Origin: Octopus sinensis
Taxonomy: Eukaryota
Direction of reading: 5' to 3'
Assembly: GCF_006345805.1 (NCBI RefSeq)
Contig: NC_043000.1
Span: 116,064,001 to 116,128,000, forward strand
DNA: 64,000 bases
Below, piece by piece: positions 1 through 12,804 of the stretch. The notes under the pieces are model-generated. The model was not told the DNA's origin and ran no database searches. It saw nothing but the letters and a program-made list of their open reading frames with translations. Numbering within the stretch: the stretch's first letter is position 1; each line of letters starts with the position of its first letter. The position numbers and the translations under genes were made by a program.

Positions 1-447
1 CCAGACACAACAGAACATATAAGCTGTATCGTTGTAAATAGTTAAGTGATATAATCGCAACAGGTCAAAAATAGGGCTGAGAATTTGGACAAAATCACAA
101 AACCGAGAAGAGATTAAATTAATCTGTCACACGATTTCATCTTGTCTTATGAAAGCAGCTAACTTATAATTACATTTTCACCTAAAGCAGTAACGTTATT
201 GAGCACCGGGAGCGCAGTAATTCATTATGATTATGTATTATTATATCTAACAAAATTGTTTGAGGAAATCAATGAAAAATGCAGGGTGGATTATCATGTC
301 CAAAACCTGGAGATGGTGCTCCTCCATACAGAGAATGTTTTACCTTCAATACCAATAACATAATCAACAATACTTAAATAACACAGTTCTATATTTAAGA
401 GATGAGGAATTATGTACATTATTTACATTCGACGGATATTTGTCCAC

Positions 448-521
448 GGGCATATGGCGTAGTGGTTAAGAGTATGGGCTATTAACCCCAAGATTCTGAG
501 TTCGATTCCAAGCAGTGGCCT
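448..521 (+). other. tRNA-derived SINE head (tRNA-Asn-like anticodon arm), not a functional tRNA
   Basis: A box TGGCGTAGTGG 455-465; B box GTTCGATTCC 500-509; GGCTATTAACC resembles the tRNA-Asn anticodon arm GGCTGTTAACC; acceptor stem is imperfect. Confidence 0.7.
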
Positions 522-617
522 GAACAACAACAACAATAATAATAGTAATAATAATAATAATAATAATAACATCGAAGAATACCTTAGGAATGAGAACCCA
601 CGTTCGAAATTCCCCAA

Positions 618-663
618 GACACCTGAAGAAGGCTGGATAGTATATCAGCCGAAACGTTGTGTT
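618..663 (+). ncRNA. Minimal type-I hammerhead ribozyme motif
   Basis: Helix I GACAC(618-622)/GTGTT(659-663); core CTGAAGA 623-629; helix II GGCTG(631-635)/CAGCC(646-650); GAAA 651-654; palindromic helix III AACGTT 653-658; NUH = GUU. An extra A at 630 is non-canonical. Confidence 0.6.
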
Positions 664-1619
664 AACAACAAACAAGACGAGGACAAATATCCGTCAAATG
701 TAAATAATACTTAAATATATCTTCCAACTTCTCTCTTTATCTTTCTCTGTCTTATATTAAACCAAAGTTATGTTAATTCTACCTGGAATATCTATCACAA
801 CAAAAGATAAACTGGTATATAAAACTGCTTTCGGCAGTGAAGGGTAGTAAAATTTTGAGCGGATAAACATGATTTCCACTTTATAGATTCGTTGTGAATT
901 CCTACACTCACTTTATATACAAATATATAACTCTTAGTTATTTGATTTCTTCTACTTCTTTTTTAAGCTGTCCACTCCTTTTCCTATCCTCAATCTAAGA
1001 ATATTTTATTTATTTTCAAGTTTCCTTACGTTATTTCTTGTTCCTTTTTGCTGGCTTGACGAAAAAATATTAAAGTTCCTTATTTACTATCACTGGTACT
1101 CAATGCATTAAATCCTTCAGCCTCCAGATATTCAATCAGTTTTTATTGACCAGGAAGTGATCTTTATCCCTATATTGAACTTCACCGCATTTCTAGTTTT
1201 CTTCTCAGAGAAAGTTTATTTTTCCTTCAGTTATTGCTTCCTTTGGTTATTATTTCCCTCAAGTCTTCGTACACTTTCATACACTGAAGACAACCTTATA
1301 TCTCTGTAGATTATATTTTTGCCTGTTTTTCTTAAAATTGGGTATGATGTAGCTTCAAGTTTTGTTTCTGGATATTTTATCATGTCATTAAATAATTTTG
1401 CCTGTATGACAAATATTTCAGCCAGAAATTTATATCATAATAATATTTTCTACATATTCAGGTATTTTATAATGATTCAATTCCAGAAGTCAACGATCTC
1501 TTTTCCGAATGAATATGATTATGGCGTATAGCATTCTCGATTATAGATTTTGAATGTAATATCTTTACAATTTTATTTTCCTGTATTGTTAATCGGTTAA
1601 CATCCAAATGTGATACTTC

Positions 1620-1790
1620 TGGCGCAGGCATGGCTGTGTGATTAAGATCACTTTGCGACCACGTGGTATCGGGTTCAGTAACTGTGGAGTAGCATGACCA
1701 GGTGACTTCTTCTATAGCACTGGGGCGAAAAATATTTTGTGAGTGAACTTGCCTGAGAGGAACTGTGTAGAACTCTTTCGGTGTATGTAT
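1620..1790 (+). mobile_element. tRNA-derived SINE family B (CORE-like), degenerate
   Basis: GGCGCAGGCATGGCTGTGTG head matches other copies in the window (49986, 50401). Confidence 0.65.
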
Positions 1791-1938
1791 GTATGTATGT
1801 ATGGTTGAAACGTTTCACCAAAGTGGATTATAATTGTTATTTAATGTGATGAGGGTATTAAAAATACCTACATTGTTAGAAATAAAAACTAAAGTGATCT
1901 AATGCTGTTGTTTAGTTACACGAATGAAAACATATACG

Positions 1939-2220
1939 CTAACAGTGACTATAATTGTCTGAAAAATGCCGTCCAAGAATTCTTAAGACTGACGTCAGTT
2001 TCAGCAATTTCCGTTGCCGTCATCAGTTAAACCACATTGGTGTTCAGCTAACTCATCTATTTATTTGGATGATGAAAACATATACTAATAGAGAAACAGG
2101 TCTGGAAAGAGCCGAACAAAGAGCTGGCTTAACTGATGATGGCCACAAAAATTACCGAAACTGACGTCGGTTTTAGAAATTCTCGGTCGGCATTTTTCGG
2201 ATAATTATGGTCCCTGTTAG
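1939..2220. mobile_element. MITE/foldback element with ~72-bp terminal inverted repeats
   Basis: 1939-2011 is roughly 80% identical to the reverse complement of 2146-2220; no coding capacity. Confidence 0.7.
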
Positions 2221-2589
2221 TGCGTATTTGTGAATTGTGTTTACGTATGCTTTCTCCTTGTTTAACGACTGCTGTTACTTTGTTTACATCCACGCAACTT
2301 GGCGACTTGGCTAAAAGGACCGTTAGAATAGCTACAACAATTGAAAACGTTAAGTATTTGAGTAGTTTTGTTTTACTAAACCATCGACACCATGCCCCAG
2401 CTAGGCCGCAGGTCAATGGCTAAAACAAGTAAAAGATAGATGATAATAGTAGAAATATTTCTAAAAGTTGGGCTAAAACTGTTTTGGCTTTTACAGAAAC
2501 TGATAAAAACTCTTACGATAATTTACGCCCTGCGCTTGACGATTTGAACATACTGGCTGCATGATAAGTCATATATATTTCTTATTTCT

Positions 2590-3548
2590 TTATTGCCCAC
2601 AAGGAGCTAAACATAGAGGAGACAAACAAGGACAGATAAACGGATTAAGTCAATTATATCGACCCCGAAAGGATGAAAGGCAAAGTCAACCTCGGCGGAA
2701 TTTGAACTCAGAACGGATTAAGTCGATTATATCGACCTCAGTGCGTAACTGGTACTTATTTAATCGACCTCGAAAGAAATACCTACTCCACCCCTTTTCC
2801 TATCCTCAATGGAAGAATATTTTATTTAGTTTCAAGTTTCCTTACGTTATTTCTTGTTCCTTTTTGCTGGCTTAACGAAAAAATATTAAGTATCCTTCTT
2901 TACTATCACTGGTACATTAAATCATTCAGAATATTTTATTTAGTTTCGGTGTATGTAAGGGGCTAAACACAGAGGGGACAAACAAGTACAGACAAACGGA
3001 TTAAGTTGATTACATCGACCCCAGTGCGTAACTGGTACTTATTTAATCGACCCCGAAGGATGAAAGGCAAAGTCGACCTCGGCGGAATTTGAACTCAGAA
3101 CGGATTAAGTCGATTATATCGACCTCAGTGCGTAACTGGTACTTATTTAATCGACCTCGAAAGAAATACCTACTCCACCCCTTTTCCTATCCTCAATGTA
3201 AGAATATTTTATTTAGTTTCAAGTTTCCTTACGTTATTTCTTGTTCCTTTTTGCTGGCTTGACGAAAAAATATTAAGTATCCTTTTTTACTATCACTGGT
3301 ACATTAAATCCTTCAGAATATTTTATTTAGTTTCGGTGTATGTAAGGGGCTAAACACAGAGGGGACAAACAAGTACAGACAAACGGATTAAGTCGATTAC
3401 ATCGATCCCAGTGCGTAACTGGTACTTATTTAATCGACCCCGAAAGGATAAAAGGCAAAGTCGACCTCGGTGGAATTTGAACTCAGAACGTAGCGGCAGA
3501 CGAAATACCGCGAGGCATTTCGCCCGATTCTGCCAACTCGCCGCCTTA
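2590..3548 (-). mobile_element. SINE family A cluster containing a ~387-bp tandem duplication
   Basis: Repeated GACTTTGCCTTTCATCCTTTCGGGGTCGAT body on the minus strand; tRNA-like head near 3480-3548; the unit at 2788 recurs at 3175. Confidence 0.85.
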
Positions 3549-4195
3549 AGTCATATATATTTCTAGTAGTTATATATCTCTGCTGTGGGCGCTGCATTCA
3601 TTTCTATTTTATTTTAAACTAGAAATGGATGAAAATTACCTCAAAATAGAATAAAAGTTATTGTAGAAGGAATTGTTGTCGCTTCTCAGAAACACGTATT
3701 CTTAGACATTTAACGAACAGCGTTTGCTTCAGGTCTTCTTTAATTTCAGATAAAACTTTTCCTTTTTGATTGCTGTGTTAAATTTGTGCAGTATTTATGA
3801 CAGTATTATGTTAGCAATCAATGTATTTTCCTGGCGAATTTCATTAAGGATGGAATGATCTTTTCTTTCATTATATTTGTATGCTTTCTTGTTTGTTCGT
3901 CGTGTTTGCTTTCCAAAGTGTTAACTGAAGTTTAAACATTCGTGAATAAGTGGATCCGTGGGAATATCTTCGTAGAGTAATATCTTCCTTTTATAACCTG
4001 CTTTAACAACGTAGCTATCAAACTCACTATAATCACTATAGCGAGTCCTTTCATCGAATTATTTTTTCAATACTTTATCACGCTTGTGTTACGCTTATGA
4101 TTCTCATAATGCTTATTTATGAAACCAAATAACAAATAGAAGTTCAAACACTAATTAAAAGAAATAATGACATAAAATCACATAAGTTGGATATT

Positions 4196-4660
4196 TTATG
4201 AATAGCGGAAGAGTGAGTCACTGTCATGTAATAAAAAATTTTCATGCTGATGCATTCGTACTGGTGATACAGAGAAAGGGTACGGCTTAGGATTATATCT
4301 TTTCTGTTTTGCATTATACGAAGTGGTTACTTCGCTGCTAATATTGTTTATACGTGCAATCTCGTTTCTTTGGCTCTGGTGGGTAAGGCTGATTGGTAGT
4401 GGACGAAAATTTTTTCTGCTAGCGGCTTTTTTATAGAACTTGGTAAGCATGGAGTTTTGCTCTCTGATCTTGAGTTCAAAGTCGAGCAGAGACAGGGCTC
4501 CCGGCTCGTCTAGATGTTCAATCTCGAATTTGATTATTATGTCGATGTTATTGAAGGTCCGGTGTATGTTAATGGCTTTATCCCTGGAGGTTGTGTTGAT
4601 AAGGATGTCATCAACGTACTTGGAGAAGGTGCATAAGCGGAAGGTGGTGAGAAAAAACAA
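4196..4660 (-). mobile_element. Penelope-like element reverse transcriptase fragment (palm/thumb)
   Basis: Translation KYVDDILI...FEIEHLDEPGALSLLDFELKI...FYKKAASRKNF fits the PLE RT pattern YVDD...F(T)IE..LPFLD..I...YRK. Confidence 0.75.
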
Positions 4661-4714
4661 TCACGCCAGCTGAATTCAATTCGTCCCCAGTCGAAAGACG
4701 CCTTTTTTATGTCC

Positions 4715-4757
<43 letters not shown>

Positions 4758-4799
4758 GTTTTTTATTGTTTTTTATTGTATTTTTCTTTTTATATTCGT

Positions 4800-5080
4800 G
4801 TAACATCGTCTGTTTTTCCGTCCTTGTTTCGTATACATTCGATGCATTTTTTCACGGAATCTAATGCTCTTAGCTTAGTTTTTCCTTGGGGATGGCCAAA
4901 TTGGAGCAATCTCAAGATTAATGCATCGAAATTGCGAGGATGATCCGGTTCTTGACTGAAGATAAAAGGCTTCGAATGACCCGTCCGTATATTTTTATAT
5001 CGTCTATCTGGATGTTTTGTTGTCCCTTTTTGTATCACGTAGTTGTCCGAATGTTTTGCGTTTTTGTCCCATTTTGTATT
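4800..5080 (-). mobile_element. Degenerate Tc1/mariner-superfamily transposase C-terminal remnant
   Basis: KPFIFSQE (4950-4973) resembles PFIFQQD; frameshifted D-x-S-I/N-W-A-I-x-x-E-K (4880-4910) resembles the SPDLNPLDYSIW region. Confidence 0.4.
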
Positions 5081-5689
5081 ATATATATATAGCGAGGTAC
5101 GTACACTTTGTTCTATTATATATATATATATGTGCAAGAATTAAGGAATGGAGTTGATAAGATGCTCGCTACATATGTTTCATAGCGAGCGGAACCTCAG
5201 AAATGGTAAATATCGAACGAGCTCTATACCGGAGGCTACTCTTAAAGCGATGAATACCTTTATTAAATGAAAGTTTACTTTGTCGAAAGATGGTACAAGT
5301 TAACATTGAAAATTTAATCAGAATGTGTATACCAACGTGCATACACACACACACACACACAAACGCACACACACATACATGTATATAAATACATATAAAA
5401 CCTAAATGGTCCACTAGAAATATCTATCTCTTTTTTTATCTACTTTTAGCAACCAAAAGATAAAAAGGGAAAGATTAAGTATTGATAAGGATAAAATATT
5501 ATCTAAAGAATAGCCGATTTACTGCAATATTTTTACAATTAAGGCTTTGAAATTTGTTGGGCGGGTGCTTAAGTGCCATAAAATTACGTTCGATATTTTC
5601 TTGAGATTTTGCGATTTAAAATGTACGTTTTTTTTTGTCTCAGATCGTGTATCGGGATCACTTAATAGGATATTAAATATGTTTGTTAC

Positions 5690-5838
5690 TAGTTTCTGCG
5701 TTCCTAGACATGGTTGTAAGAAGCTAACTTTCTAAACTCATGGTCTGATGTTCAGTCCCACTGCCTAGCACGTTCACCAAGTATCTTCCACTACAGCCTA
5801 CTAAAGCCACGTGAGCGGAAAGCTAACAGAAACTCCTC

Positions 5839-5881
<43 letters not shown>

Positions 5882-5902
5882 ACAATACATACCTACATAC
5901 AT

Positions 5903-5994
<92 letters not shown>

Positions 5995-6200
5995 TTATAT
6001 ACGTGTCATACCCTTGTGTTTGTGTCGGTTTCCTCTCCGCCAGACAACTAGTGTCGGTTTGTTTATACCCAATGACCTACCATTTTTGGAAAGAGATTAA
6101 TAGAGTGAGTCACAGCGTTCAAAAACAGAAAGTAAGTAATAGGGTGGTTTATTATATCGAAAACCTTTAAGGTGGTGCCCCAGCATTACCGCAATACTGT
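5690..6200 (+). mobile_element. SINE family B with expanded internal (AT)n/(ATAC)n
   Basis: Head 5690-5820, microsatellite 5840-5995, tail ending GGTGGTGCCCCAGCATTACCGCA. Confidence 0.7.
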
Positions 6201-6939
6201 GATGAAGACAAATAAAAAGCTATGTGGATATTGTCTCCTTTTGGTTTTTAATGAGCTTTTCTTCTTTTGGAGTCGTAAATGATTTTGGAATAATATTCTT
6301 GTTGCAGAAGATCACTACGCAGATCAATAGAACATATAGTATCTCTTATCATGGCGTATAAATGATTAAATAAATCTCCTGAAGAGACTACATATTAGTG
6401 AAGAAGTATTTATTTTGGGACATGTTTTAGGTTAACATTACAAATGTTAATTATATTGGGTTGCCTTAAGGTGGTGAGTAGGTCGAATATTTAGCTCTCT
6501 GGTTAAATACTTAGCGGCATTTCGTCAGTCTTTATTTTCTGAATTCAAATTCCACCGATGTTGACTTAATCTTTCAAAATTTCGAAAACGATAAAATAAG
6601 TATGAGTAAAACTGTGGTCGATGCAACCAACTTATCCCCTCTCCCGAAACCTCATGCTTGCTACCAAATTGAAGCCAATATTTATATTGCTTATGTTTTG
6701 TGAATTGGCAGGTTAGTTAGCGCATCGTTTATATATCTCGTGATATTCGTTGAAAAATTTTGCAAGCTGAGATCAAATCCGTCTCATCTCAATTTTATCT
6801 TTCATTCATCCAGCGTCGGTAATATAGAGTATACATCACTTATTTGTGCCTACCTAATAATCAAATCAACGCAAATTATAAAAGAAGTATTTCTAGAGTT
6901 TAGAATACTGATATTCTTAATTTTGTTTATGACTAGCTG

Positions 6940-7262
6940 GAGCACTCTGTCGGTTAGACGATGAAAGTCCCAGCTGATCCGATCACCGGAACAGCTTACT
7001 CGTGAAATTAATGTGCAAGTGGCCGAGAACTCCACAGATACGTGTATCACTAACGTAGTTCTCAGGAAGATTCGGTGTGGCACAGAGTATGACATGGCTG
7101 GCCCTTTGAATTACTGGTACAACTCATTTTTGCCAGCTGAATGGACAGGAGCAACGTGAAATAACGTGTCTTGCTCAAGGACTCAACGCATCGCCAGGAA
7201 TTGAAATCACGGCCTTACAATCGTGAGTTGAATATTCTAATCACTGAGCAACGCGCCTTCAT
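6940..7262 (-). mobile_element. tRNA-derived SINE family C (CORE/V-like central domain)
   Basis: Minus strand reads TGAAGGCGCGTTGCTCAGTGATTAG...GAGTCCTTGAGCAAGACACG; related copies at 48772-49079, 61460-61560 and 62540-62720. Confidence 0.7.
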
Positions 7263-7840
7263 ATGGCCAACTTGGAATAATATATCTCATGAAAGTCTGG
7301 AAAATACTCTCAAAATTGGGCGAGACATATTTTAGCTTTTTCGTGATTTGATAAAAAGTTGTGCAGTTCTTCAGATATTGCACTTGTTTTGGAAATTATA
7401 TTCCGTTGCGGTCGAGTTGCATGCATTGCCTTTTTACCAAAATATTCTACAACACTGCTCTCGGTGCTGCCATTTATTTTTGCTTTCAAATTAGATGTTA
7501 TGGCTGCTGGAAAAGACGGAATTTTGTTTATTTAATGATTAGCTTTTCTTGAAGAATTCTTTGATTCCAGGTGCGTTCCTTTGTCGTTATTTCCATTTCT
7601 TTATTGGTAATACCAGTTGATATTTTCAAAGAGGACATTTCTTGTAAATTTCATTCAGGTGTGAAAGATCTTTCTATTATAAAATTTATTTTTTTGCTTT
7701 GATTGTATAGTTGTTTTTCATGTTGTCTATTGAAAATTTGATTTTCGACAATAACTGGATCTATGGGAATAACTCCATAAGAAACAACTGCAACGCAAAA
7801 TTTTCTCTCCATAGAAATTTGAACAAGTTAAACACTGATA

Positions 7841-7864
7841 GTAATAATAATAATAATAATAAAA

Positions 7865-7904
<40 letters not shown>

Positions 7905-8395
7905 TGATAATAATAAAAGTAATAATAATAATAATAAAAGTAAGAATAATGATGATAATAATAAAAGTAATAATAATAATAATAAAAGTAATAATAATAA
8001 AAGTAATAATAATAATAATAAAAGTAATAATAATGATAATAAAAGCAATAATAATAATAATAATAAAAGTAATAATAATAATAATAAAAGTAATAATAAT
8101 AATAATAAAAGTAATAACAATAATAATAGTAGTAGTAAAAATAAAAATAATAATAGTAATAATGATAATTGAAATAAAAGTAATAATAATAGTAATAGTA
8201 ATAATTGAAATAAAAGTAATAATAATAGTAATAGTAATAATTGAAATAAAAGTAATAATAATAATAAAAGTAATAATAATAATAATAATTAAAATAAAAG
8301 TAATAATAATAATAATAACAATAATAATAAAAGTAATAATAATAACAATGATAATACAAGTAGTAGTAATAATAACTAATAATAATAAATTATTT
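7841..8395. repeat. Long (AAT)n microsatellite with periodic AAAAGT variants
   Basis: Direct inspection; it generates the spurious poly-N/I/L/Y ORFs in the track. Confidence 0.95.
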
Positions 8396-9576
8396 TCCTT
8401 CATCATATCTTTCTGTTAATTATTTACCATAGTTTTAATGCTGATACGGCTTTGATTAAAGAAACATTTCACAACACAACTGCCGGCCCACAACAAATAT
8501 CCAGACAAACTAAAAGAAGCCTCATAGAATTAGTATCGAGGGAATAGTGAAACACAAAACGCCCATCGTGAATAACGCTTGCTATTCTACTACAGAGCTA
8601 TGCTGAATAAACGTAATCATTTATGTAACTATAAAATACCGTATTAGATGTATTCTAATTTCTTTACTGCCCACAAGAGGGTATTAGACGCATTCTAATC
8701 GGCAAATAAACATTGAGTGCGCACACAGATACACACGCATATGCATGCATACATTAACAGAACGGAATTACACAGAGCACAAAACTTACTGTGTTAAAGG
8801 AAAGAATGTACGGTGTTACAGGTCCGACAGCTGTTTCTGGGGGCTCGAAAATATTTCGTAATTTTGGCAGATGTAGTTCACAAAAAATAAGCAGCCAGTA
8901 GCGCAAGCATACAAATATTGGGTAGATCCGGCCACCGTCTTCAAGGGGGAGAGATAAATATCTAACACTTCAAGTCGTGATGCAGGACAATTTAAAGGTT
9001 GAAATGGTGAAGAAAAAGGCATATCGTAGTGAGTGGAAGACCTAACCAATATTTATCTGCTTCATTAACTCCATGTCTGTTCACCTGGATGCCTGTTATA
9101 GCCCGTTTTACCCTACCTAGCTACCTACCTACCTACATACATACATACCTACATACATACCTACATACATACGTACATACATACATACCTACATACATAC
9201 ATACCTACATACATACCTACATAATACATACATACATACCTATATACATTCCGACACACACACACACATATATGTATAAACGTATACATATATATATAAG
9301 AAAAATAGGAAAATTTTGATAAATCAATTGATAATTATGTTTATTAATTGCAAATTAAACATAAAGATTATATTTATTTTTGCAGTTAATATATATACTT
9401 AATTGATTTATTTCCATGTCCTTATTCTTCTTGAATAAATATAAACCTTGGTTTATCTAATTACCTATTATTCATAAATATTATAATTAATATTCACAAC
9501 AAATTTCATGGAGTATTACTATTCCTTCATGAGATTTATCTAACTTCTAATTGAATGTACATACACACATACATAC

Positions 9577-9618
<42 letters not shown>

Positions 9619-9643
9619 AATTTTAATTTCAAATGTTTTAATG

Positions 9644-9685
<42 letters not shown>

Positions 9686-9760
9686 ATGTGTGTGTGTGTG
9701 TGTGTGCGTGTGTGTATGTATGTGCGTGTATGTATGTGCGTATATGTATATATATATGTA

Positions 9761-9794
<34 letters not shown>

Positions 9795-10180
9795 AAAAAT
9801 AGGATAAAATCTTAATAAGAAATCTTAACAAGAAATTATCAAGTAGTTAGCGTGAAAAGCCTCATAAGAAAAAAAAAGAGCCCGCCATTTACATAAATGT
9901 ATGATGGGTAAACATTTCCATATACTACGATGACGGCGACGGTTGTCCATCTGGTATGATGTTTTTGTTTATTTATGATATATTTTGGATTCGCTTCACT
10001 GAAGAGCAAGGGACGCGTATAACGTGTTAATTGCGAAATCACAGGTGAGATGGAGTTAAATTCTGTTTTTAGATGACTCGCTTTGAGAATTGCATTCGGT
10101 ACAATTTGTTTATATTTGGTAGTTATGACTTTAAGAGTACCTCCTAGCGTGTGGCATTTATGTGTAACAATGCCCTCTAT

Positions 10181-10266
<86 letters not shown>

Positions 10267-10399
10267 ACTGTTCCGCTATCGGTAAAAATGCATTTCAGCC
10301 ATTTAATATATGTAGAATTTACGAAAGAATTGCTGATAATTCCATACAGTTGAGGCACAATAATTCGGCAGATTTTAATAACATACCATATTTCTTCAG

Positions 10400-10640
10400 G
10401 TATTCCTTTAAGCCACATATTTAAACCACAAAAAGAATGAACTGGTATTTGACTGCGTGAACGAATTTCTTGCATTTGGAAACTCGTATGAACTCAAGAA
10501 CTAGATATGATTTCTTCACAAAAATAGCAACTAGAAAAAAATCTATAACTTGTGAACGTTTCTTGATTATTTCTGGATTAAAGTATGGTTTGCAGACAAT
10601 ATTACCAAAAGCATTGTATAATCTACTTAAATATAAAAAA
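10400..10640 (+). mobile_element. Possible hAT (Charlie/Buster-type) transposase C-terminal remnant
   Basis: LDYFWIKV (10560-10586) followed by frameshifted ILPKALYNLL resembles FWIKV..YP.L..KAL..LL of the hAT dimerisation domain; heavily decayed. Confidence 0.3.
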
Positions 10641-11139
10641 ATAGACATCAGACAGAGAAGCCATTTTGATGCGGAATTGTGAGAATCTATACAACAATAC
10701 TAACACATATAGTTATAGAAGTACTCCCATGCACACACACACAAATATACATTTACAAACATACATTCATACATATATTTGTATATATATTTATATATAC
10801 ATACATACACACACTCACATGCACGGGCGCACACGCATTCACACACATATCACACAAACACACACACACACATGTATATATATACATATATGTGTCCGTG
10901 TGTGACTGTCTTTATGTTTGTTCTTGCCTCCCTGAAAGCTTGAGAACCGATGTTGTTTTCATGACGTCTGCATAGCATAGGGACGTTGCTAAAGGCATCA
11001 ACAAGTTTACAAGAAGAAATAGACTGGCAGATTCATTCATTCAACTGAAATCCTCCAACGGATTGGTCCAGCACGGCCGAAGTTTCCGGCGGATCGTTGC
11101 AAATAATTTTAATATATAAAGAAAATTCAAAGACCTAAC

Positions 11140-11187
<48 letters not shown>

Positions 11188-11889
11188 TTCACTCACACAC
11201 ACACACACATGTATACATATATATATCAAAATAAGCAACAGGATATCCAGAGGTAATGCAGTACGACCGTTTCAAGCGGCTTATTTAATTGAACAATGCA
11301 ATCATTACATCAATTTAAATGCAGGGCTATACTCAGCTGCGTAAATAAATAGTTTTTTTAAAACCAGTTTGACACATTTGTATAATTATACTTAAATCCG
11401 CTAAGAGGCTGAGAAGAAAGACAAAGTCCATGCTGTTGTCACTTCAGCTTAGAAGTTTCTAAGACATCAGGAAAAGAACCTGTTTGGGTCATGGCTTGTC
11501 ACTGATTTTGGTTCAGTTTTAATTTATTAGTCTTGTTTATCGAATCTTTGTATATCAAATCTAAGACTAAGAGAACATTTTCTGTTATAGAAAGGGCATG
11601 AGGGAGTTGACAGAATATAGTGAGTATAGTCATAAAACTTGTCAAGATTAGCTAACTGACCATAATGAGGTTGGGGTGTGGAAGACCTCAAATCAAGATG
11701 TTAATTACGAGTTAAAGGGGCAGGATAGTAATAAAACCAATGATGATAATACAGAAGAAATGTTTTCATGGTGTTCTATAGGTGATTAATTTAAACAATA
11801 TTGTTATATTGTCTAAAGATAAAATTTAGAGTTATCAAGAAAAATATTTTAACCAAAAAGATAAATTTTGAATAATTTTCAATATATTC

Positions 11890-12295
11890 TTTTATTCTTT
11901 TACTTGTTTCAGTCATTTGACTGCGGCCATGAAGGAGCACCGCCTTTAGTCGAGTAAATCGACCACAGGACTTATTATTTATAAGCTTAGTACTTATTCT
12001 ATCAGTCTCTTTTGTCGGAACGCTAAGTTACGGGGGGTAAACACACCTGCATCTGTTGTCAAGCGATGTTGCGGAGACAGACACACAAACATACATACAC
12101 ACACGCACACACACACATATATACATATACGGCGGGCTTCTTTCAGTTTCCATCTACCAAATCCACTCACAAGGGTTTGGCTGGCCCTAGTTTATAGTAG
12201 AAGACACTTGCCCAAGGTGCCACACAGTGTGACTGAACCTGGAACCATGTGGTTGGTAAGGAAGCTACTTAACACACAGCCACTCCTGCGCCTGT
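11890..12295 (-). mobile_element. SINE family B, full-length
   Basis: Head ...CACACAGCCACTCCTGCGCC at 12270-12292, internal (AC) tract, tail TTTTACTTGTTTCAGTCATTTGACTGCGGCC. Confidence 0.85.
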
Positions 12296-12634
12296 ACCAA
12301 AATTTTCAACAATAGGGAGAGAAAAATTACATAGAATTAGTTTAATAGTTAATCATATACTTAATTATTTACTTATTAGGTCGTATCTATAAAGACTGAT
12401 CCCCGGCATTTACTAAAACAATACTGGGCCGATAGAACATGCTAACTATATATTAATTACAATCTAAGAGGTATATTATAAGTTCTTTAGATACCGGTAC
12501 TATTATATACAAGCTAATATAATTTTCTAGGGGTACAAAATTAAGAGGTTTACTTATATAAAGGCTATAATAAAAATAATAATATGATCAGTAGAGTAGA
12601 ACACCATAGAAAGGAATAAAGAGTTTAATCACGA

Positions 12635-12800
12635 TGAAGTATGTTTGTCACATATTTCAAATGCTAAAGGCAAATACACTGAAGTTACCGTGGAGAAAAA
12701 AATTATCTCTTCTGGTAAAAAGGTGTGAAAGCAGCCCGTTCGTTCAGTGTCGCCCTCTCTTGGGAATCTGAGACATCGATGTTTTGAATTTGTTGACTCT
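12635..12800. mobile_element. Truncated MITE copy, inverted relative to 13381-13627
   Basis: Shares the TIR GAAGTATGTTTGTCACATATTTCA and the reverse complement of the interior at 13486-13549; interrupted by a SINE at ~12805. Confidence 0.7.
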
Positions 12801-12804
12801 CAGT

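Larger units (their letters stand above)
381..705 (+). mobile_element. Composite non-autonomous retroelement: inverted terminal segment + tRNA-like head + (AAT)n + hammerhead-containing Penelope-type tail
   Basis: A 12-bp direct repeat AATACTTAAATA at 369-380 and 706-717 flanks it like a TSD. A 28-bp inverted repeat lies at 418-445 / 681-708 (1 mismatch). Internal A/B boxes and a CTGAAGA...GAAA core are present. Confidence 0.75.

Noticed and set aside
448-521. Functional tRNA gene
   Set aside because: Acceptor and anticodon stems are imperfect and it is embedded in a TSD-flanked repeat; interpreted as a SINE head.
1100-1560. Possible Penelope GIY-YIG remnant on the minus strand (CLQCMKVY; KLIEYLEAEGFN)
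   Set aside because: Only short motif resemblances across several frameshifts; needs a BLASTx/HMM search.
9990-10110. Strong donor CAG|GTGAGA at ~10052 with a nearby TTTTTAG acceptor
   Set aside because: The implied intron is only 28 nt, and the upstream acceptor is weak.
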